A DNA stretch of 64,000 nt, taken from NCBI RefSeq assembly GCF_009914755.1, contig NC_060929.1. One strand, written 5' to 3'. Numbering within the stretch: the first letter of the stretch is position 1; each line of letters begins with the position of its first letter. This DNA is from the human T2T-CHM13v2.0 reference genome, Homo sapiens. The notes beneath the pieces are model-generated. The model was not told the origin of the DNA, did no database searches, and saw nothing but the letters and a program-made list of their open reading frames with translations. The position numbers and the translations under genes are program-made. Below, in pieces: positions 56,670-64,000 of this stretch.

Positions 56670-57540
56670 ATATATATCATATATGATATGACATATGATA
56701 TATATCATATATGATATGACATATGATATATATCATATATGATATGACATATGATATATATCATATATGATATGACATATGATATATATCATATATGATA
56801 TGACATATGATATATATCATATATGATATGACATATGATATATATCATATATGATATGACATATACATCATATATGATATGACATATACATCATATATGA
56901 TATGACATATACATCATATATGATATGACATATACATCATATATGATATGACATATACATCATATATGATATGACATATACATCATATATGATATGACAT
57001 ATACATCATATATGATATGACATATACATCATATATGATATGACATATACATCATATATGATATGACATATACATCATATATGATATGACATATACATCA
57101 TATATGATATGACATATACATCATATATGATATGACATATACATCATATATATGACGTATATCATATATATCATATACGATGTATATCATATATGACATA
57201 TATGTCATATATGACATATATATCTATGCTATATATCACATATATGATATATCATATACTATATATGATATATCATATACAATATCATATATACGATATA
57301 TATGATATATATCCGATATATATCATATATGATATATCATATATGATATATCTGATATATATGATATATATCGGATATATATGATATATATCTGGTATAT
57401 CATATATGATATATATCTCGTATATCATATATGATATGTATCTGGTATATCATATATCATGTATGATATATCATATGATATATCATATCATATATATGAT
57501 ATATAGATCATATATATCATATATATGACATATATACTGT
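56670..57540. repeat. TA-derived palindromic minisatellite: 28-bp unit x6, 23-bp unit x12, then a degenerate tail
   Basis: acatatgatatatatcatatatgatatg at period 28 (56691-56858); acatatacatcatatatgatatg at period 23 (56859-57134). Confidence 0.95.
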
Positions 57541-59474
57541 CAGAAGATAGATATACTGTTCAGAAGTACTGTTCAGAAGTATATATCATATACTGTATCA
57601 GTGCAGGTTTACCTAAATCACAGAAATAAAATTTCAAAAGGTAGATTATTGTTATCAGCTAGAAAAATGATAAAAATTCTTAGAAGAGTTTCAGATGTTT
57701 CACTTACATAAGTAACCTGTGATTTTGTTTATAACATATCCTTTCCATTTATTATTGGAATAATAATAATAGGATTTGGGATAGAATTTCTAAAATTTCA
57801 CATATTAATCTTGGAAAAATAACTACTATTTTTATTTTCTTGTAGATAAGAACTGAGTGTTACAAAATATATCTGAATGACTGAAATATTGATTCTGTAT
57901 TTAAGGCCTAGTTATTTCTACCAATAACCTGTTACCACTAGAATCTCATCAATATCAGTACTGGTAGGATGTTTAATGTCCAGGGACTGCTATTGGGTCA
58001 CTTTCTCTATTTCTCCCCTCTCTTCTCCTCTCCTTCCCTTGTCTTCTCTCCCCTGTAATTCTCTCCTCTTTTTCTCTCTCTTTAGTTGAGATTCTCTACC
58101 TGCTCTTTATCCTAATTCAACTATTCTCATGACTCAAATGTCACTAGTTTGAGAAAGCCTTAAATAGATATAAGAGTTGTGTTCTCTTGCTTTCAATAGG
58201 GTTTCTCTAACTCTGGCATAATTAGAATTACATTTTGCTTAATTATTTACATATGTGTTTGTCCCCATCTCCTCACCAAGAGATCCCCTGGAAAGCAGGA
58301 CCAATGTATCCTTAGCTCTAGTACAATTTGTGAAGCACAGCAGAATTGTAATGAACGCTTATTTTGTAGACGGATAATTGTATTTTTAGGCCCATTTTCC
58401 CAACTGTTCAAGTAAGTTAATCTTGTTCTCTGTGAATACCTTCAACATGGATTAAATGGGATTTTATAGACTAGAAAATGTGTTTTCCCCTTTAGAGGTA
58501 CCCAGTACAGGTAGGAGAATAATTTATCTGGGATATATTTTGGGATGTCTAAAACACTATAGGAGGAAAGGAAGTTAAATAGGACCAGCACATTATCTTA
58601 CTAATCTGAATCAAGGACCCAGAATCCCTACACTTGTCTTCCTAACCAGATAACTGGAGAGTGTCTTCACGTATTGCAATCGAGACCGGGAAGTATCCCT
58701 AAATTACGTCTACCATCTTGTACATGCCTTTTGAGTTGCATGAAATGCCACTGAAGTATTCAGGGATGACACCAGAAATTAGATTTAACCTAGTAGTCAG
58801 GATATGAAATGATAGACCATTCAGTGATAACCACATCAACAAGAGCAGCAAAACGCTGACAAGGTTTATTGATGGTCTTCATCATGACTAAAATTGCTGA
58901 CAGATATTAGTTATCTCTCAGGATTATAATTCATCTATCTTAGTAGTTATATAAATCCTGTGCTCAGGTAAAACCCTTGGCAGCTTTACAAAAATATGAA
59001 GCTTTACATGGCTAATTTATAAGAAACACTACAGGGCATCTAAATGGTCTTATTTGAAAATGTTGATCAATAAATACTAAAATTCACATTCTAAAGGTAA
59101 AATAGTTTGACCTCCACCATCAATTAAGACTATTACGACATGAAAGTAGGTTTTAAATGGAGTAGTAGAAGAAATAGCAATGAGCTTCCATTTATCAGTA
59201 ATTTACTGCCTGCCAGACAATGTACTAAGCACTGAAATTTTAAACATTTCTCATGTATACCACTGTATAATCAGAGAAATACTATTATGCATATTTGATA
59301 GAAGAAGAAATAATAAGCAAGGTTAAGTAACTTTCACATTGTGACTAAGCAAGGGTTAGTTCCAAACCTAGTTGTGTCTCCCTGCTTGAAAATGCTCTGC
59401 TATTAATTACTAACTTCTCTACTATTCGTAGTAAAATGCCTTCTCTGCTACTATGCCAGAAGTATTAGCTCTGT

Positions 59475-59865
59475 ACTATAAAATAAAAAAAAAGCTTTAG
59501 GCAAATTAAATTTAATAGAGTTTAATTGAGCAAAGAACAATTCACAAATCGTGCAGCCCCCAGAACTATAATAGGATCAGAGTGACTCTGGGACTGCCAC
59601 ATGGTCAGATAACACTTATGAACAGAGAAAGAAGGTAACATATAGACAGCAAAACCAAGGTGCAGAAACAGCTGGACTCATTACATCTGAGCCTTTGCCT
59701 TATTTGAACCTGGTTTTAACAGTTGGTTGCCTGTGGTTGCCTGAAGTTTAGCTGCTGTGGGTCTGTCTACAGAACAAGTTGGGTTACAGTTTACTATGTA
59801 AACCTTTAGACCAAACCTAAAATCTGTACAGAGGCAGCTTTAGGCCAAGGCCATTTAATTTAATG
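59475..59865 (-). mobile_element. ERV1 LTR (MER57/LTR54-like)
   Basis: gagtttaattgagcaaagaacaattcacaaatc...aaacctttagaccaaacctaaaatctgtacagaggcagctttaggcc. Confidence 0.7.
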
Positions 59866-60069
59866 GAACTTTCCTCCTCACTGGGAATTTGGCTGTTCAT
59901 CTAGATGTATTAGTTAGTTACTTAGAGAAGAAAGGTAATTGTAATTTTGTGAGAGGACAGAAGAATATTCCTGTTGGAAAGAAGATAAGAATGTCTAAAG
60001 ACGCATTTTCCCCTTTCTCATTTATTAGGGATCACATTCTTTAATTGAATAGGAAAAACAATCTAGAAA

Positions 60070-60240
60070 TAATAACAGTCACCATATACTCAGTGCTTGA
60101 TATGTACCAATTATTTTGGTAAGTATTTTACATATATTATCCACAATTGTTTATAAAACTGCCTCAAAGTAAAAGTTTGTTGTTTTACAAATGAGAAAAA
60201 TTGGGCTTGGAGAGATTAACGATTTGCCAAAACTCAAAGA
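60070..60240 (-). mobile_element. MIR
   Basis: ttttacaaatgagaaaaattgggcttggagagattaacgatttgccaa. Confidence 0.6.
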
Positions 60241-61399
60241 GAGATAATGCTAGTGGTTGTCAGGCATTGCATATAAATGCCTATAATAATAAAATGCCCA
60301 TATGCTCTCTGATCTGGCAAGGTTGAGAAGATTGACAAAATTGAGGGATGAAAGTGTCTTATGTAGAGGTGAAAGGAGATGGCATCACTAGCATGAATTC
60401 TATAAGAATAAAGGTTCCCATCCCTCCCCTCTGATTATAATCATAATTCAACATTTCTATTAAAAAAGTAACCCATTTTAAAAATAATGCTCATATACTA
60501 ATCGATAATTATGCTTATTATTCAGTGATTACTTAGAATGTGCTCCTTACCACATAATCTATTCTTTCAAGAACCTTGTTTGTAAGTGAGGTTTGCACTC
60601 CTATCTCTGGCAAAAAAGGCACAGAGACTTAGAAACGTTAAAGACATTGCCAAAAGTACTGCAGTACATTTGTGATTAAAATAAGGATTCATACTCAGAA
60701 CTGGTTAATCCCTTTCCCTATATTCTTATCTAAGGAAACCATCCTGTTATTACTATCATCCTTTTAATGCATCCTATTAATAACATTTCATCAGGTGAAT
60801 GTAAATTACATCCAAAGAAACATGCTTTCCCAGAAAAATAGAGATCTTTGAACTAGATGAAGAGTATCTAGCCTCAGCTAACCAGACTTTAGTCCTATTC
60901 AGGAGCTGTCATAGACATTAAGACATTGTGACTAAGACAGAATCCTTATCGGTTGGAAATCACTAATAGTTGAGGAGAAATAGTTGAATGATACTATAAT
61001 CACTAAGAATACTGCTTATCCCTGCAACATACACATCAGAGAGACTGGTAATTTTAGACCATCCCTTAGTTCTGAGAATAACTTACAATGTGCTTTGATA
61101 TCAGAGTCTCATTTGCTCTGATGCTGAACTTGTAAACTGAAGGCTATTATTGTGAAAGGATGGGGTTGGGATAATCAGAAACTTAGCTGTATTCATAAAT
61201 GAGGTATTGATACCTCAGGGAAAGAAAAATCAAGAATATAGTAACATTGTTGAGAGTCTGTTAGGATTCTTTCGTATAATGAGAAAATTCAGACAGGATC
61301 ATATGATAATTAAGGGAACTCATTTTTGATATGCAAATATAACTCTAAAATGTAGATTGATAAACCAATGCTCACAAGAGAGGTTTCTAAAGAAAAATA

Positions 61400-61770
61400 T
61401 TGCAAATTTCTGTAGTTCTTATCAGTCACTTGGATCATAACATAGAAGCCACCTTTTTCATATTTGTGGATGACACAGATTTAGGAGGATTATCTAATAT
61501 ATTTCATGACAGTGGCAGGGTTCACAAATCTTGATATACTAGAATGATGGACTGAAACCAATAAAGAAGAATTTGACAGAAATAAATAAAAGATTCTCCA
61601 TTTAGATTAAAAACAAGTTCCATAAACACAGATTCAGAAAGTCCTATCTCAAAAGCAGCTGAGTGAAAATGTTGGTGATAGAAGAAGTTGGTAATAGATA
61701 CCAACAATGAAACAAGAATTTTAAAAAATATTAAACTCTAAGTTGTTTTAATGAGAATGTTAACAGTATG
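61400..61770 (+). mobile_element. Possible L3/CR1 relic
   Basis: tttgtggatgacacaga; ttctccatttagattaaaaacaagttccataaacacagatt...aagcagctgagtgaaaa resemble the CR1 RT region; very diverged. Confidence 0.4.
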
Positions 61771-61785
61771 CAATAGCTCTATGTC

Positions 61786-62166
61786 AGGGTTTTTCAAAGC
61801 TGGAGCCAAGACATATTACTGAGGTTTGAATCACTTTGTGGATCCTAAAGAGAAAAGTGTTTTATTTTTAGTTGTTATAACAAAAAAAAATAGAAAAGGT
61901 TAGAATGGAATAAAAAGAACAAGGGAACATTGTTCATGCAATGTGTATAAAGAAATAATTGTGTATACTTGTGTGTATTTGTATGTGATGACTATCAGTT
62001 CCATGAGAAGAAGTGTTTTTGACTACCAATTACTTCTGAATACCCAGTACATAGACGTAGAAAATTGCACACATGGAGTGTGCTCAATAAATACTATGTA
62101 CTGAATTAGGATGAAAAATGTATTTCTTTTACTGCAGGTTATGTTGAAAAAGTTTAAAGGCCATAG
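61786..62166 (-). mobile_element. hAT-Charlie MITE (MER103C-like)
   Basis: Termini cagggtttttcaaagctg ... aatgtatttcttttactgcaggttatgttgaaaaagtttaaaggccatag. Confidence 0.5.
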
Positions 62167-63734
62167 ATCTCTGTTAGTTTACAAAGTAAAATACACAGGG
62201 ACACGGGGATACCTGCAAAGTTTGGAAGACATGGTAACAATTTGCAGAGCATCTAAATGAATTCTGTCAAGCTGGACCTATCTGCTTTAGAAACCATATC
62301 ATTTTGGAAACTGGAAGTTATGATGCTTAACCCCAAAAATTTCTGGGACTTTAATAGATATCTCCATACAAATGAAGGGCTTGCAAGTGAAAGTATAAAA
62401 ATTTCAACAGGTCTTGCACCAGGAGGCACACTTTTTTTAAAAAGTACTTGCATTCTTAATATTGTGGAAATACACAAACAATAAATTTTTACAAAAAATA
62501 TCAACAGTAGGGAAAGGAACTGCTTTTAATACTTTCGATAGTTGATGGTGCCCTGATACTGATTTTGTTTTTAAAACAGAAACATTCCCACATTTGCAAT
62601 GAGAATAGATACTGCGAGTTCTTTGTAAATCTACTTAATTTTTAGTTTAGTTTTCCTCGATGCAAAGATTATTACCATATTAAAGAAATTAAAGTAATTA
62701 GTTGGCTAGTTGGTTTGTTGTTCTAGGAACAGAACTGGTACTGAGAAAGAATGCAGAAAGCAACTGAATTAGAATATATAAGCTGTTAAGGGCATAATAT
62801 AACCAAAGGACAGAATAATATATTTCTGAAGGGAGACAGAAAAATAGATATCTAGAAATCAGTGTATTTTTCCTCAGTTTTTTTCATACATAGATTTCTA
62901 AATGATTTTGGGTTATATTAAGATTTTTCTAGGGTATTATCTTCCATTGACCTAATAGATAATTCTCACACTATATTTTAAAAATATTATTTTTGTAAAT
63001 ATATATGATATTTATAAAATAGCTATTATATAAGCTATAAAATAGATTTCTTGTGTATTTTATGTAATATACATTATTGTAGAATATCTATTATTAATTT
63101 TGGTAGAAAAGTTTCATATTATTAATTTTTCTTAATTAGTCTTATCTAATCTCTTCTGTTTTTTCAAATGAAATCTAGAATAATTTTAACAAGTTGCAAA
63201 AGCAACCTCATTCGTATTTTATTTGGATCTCATACCTGTAATTCATGAGAATGAAAAGGTATTCTTACATTTTTCTTCTTTCCATCCATGAATATAGTAT
63301 ATCTCTCTCAGTTAGGAAAAAAATGTGCTCCCCAAAATGCTTGTTTAACAAGTTATTCATATATGTTTCTTTATATGTACTAAAATACAATCTTGTGCAT
63401 TTAATAGAGCTACATATTAGTAGTCAACATCTCAAAATAGTTTTAGATAGACTTGATAAACAAAATAAAGGATTGAACAAAAAAAGACATTCAATTTATA
63501 ATTTTACAGAGTTTATACCTGCAATTTAAAGGCAATGAATGGTAAGGCATGCTCGAAATTATTTAATAGAACCTGTTACTTTGAGAGTTAGAAGTAGCTC
63601 AGAAAATGCTCATGACTAATGTGCTCAGAAACCTCTGCATGAAAAGAACAAACAGAAAAATATAAAGAGCAATAATGCCAATTGTACTATAACTTGACTA
63701 CATTTGAAATGTAGTCAAGATACACTTCATTTAA

Positions 63735-64000
63735 ATTACAACACACAACAGCAATCCCATTACTCATTTTATGCACTTGAAATAAAATTGTTCTACCAAA
63801 AAGACACATGCACTCATATGCTTATTGCGGCATTATTCTCAATAGCAAGAACAGGGAATTAACCTAAGTGTTCATCAATAGTGGATTGGTTTAAAAAAGT
63901 GTGATATATATACACCAAGCAATACTACACAGGCCATTAAAAAAATAAAGTCACGTGCTTTGCAGGAACGTGGATGCAGCTAGAAGCCATTCTTGTAAGC
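63735..64000 (+). mobile_element. L1P ORF2 3' region, runs off the window end
   Basis: cagcaatcccattact...aaagacacatgcactcatatgcttattgcggcattattc...tggatgcagctagaagccatt. Confidence 0.88.

Noticed and set aside
56670-57150. CRISPR-like array
   Set aside because: Head-to-tail tandem units with no unique spacers, in a primate genome; it is a minisatellite.

Overview
AT-rich, gene-poor primate (probably human) DNA made mostly of interspersed repeats; no intact protein-coding gene is supported. A near full-length old L1 (L1MA-class, minus strand, ~23.9-39.0 kb) hosts several nested insertions. The largest is a ~5.1-kb composite (31877-37020) bracketed by an exact 13-bp target-site duplication (TSD). 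Read on the minus strand it is a spliced ZNF736-like KRAB zinc-finger retrocopy, joined without poly-A to ~2.6 kb of unrelated sequence rich in ancient repeats, and ending in an L1PA 3' end with its poly-A. The window also has an LTR12 solo LTR inside an Alu and a ~170-bp NUMT (CYTB start/tRNA-Glu/ND6 start). A HERV-L provirus has its gag-pro-pol inverted and both MLT2A LTRs truncated at expanded TA tracts. MER2, MADE1, MER5A, MER81, Alu, L2 and MIR relics are also present. Repeat subfamily names come from recalled consensus sequences, not a database search, and boundaries of old repeats are approximate.
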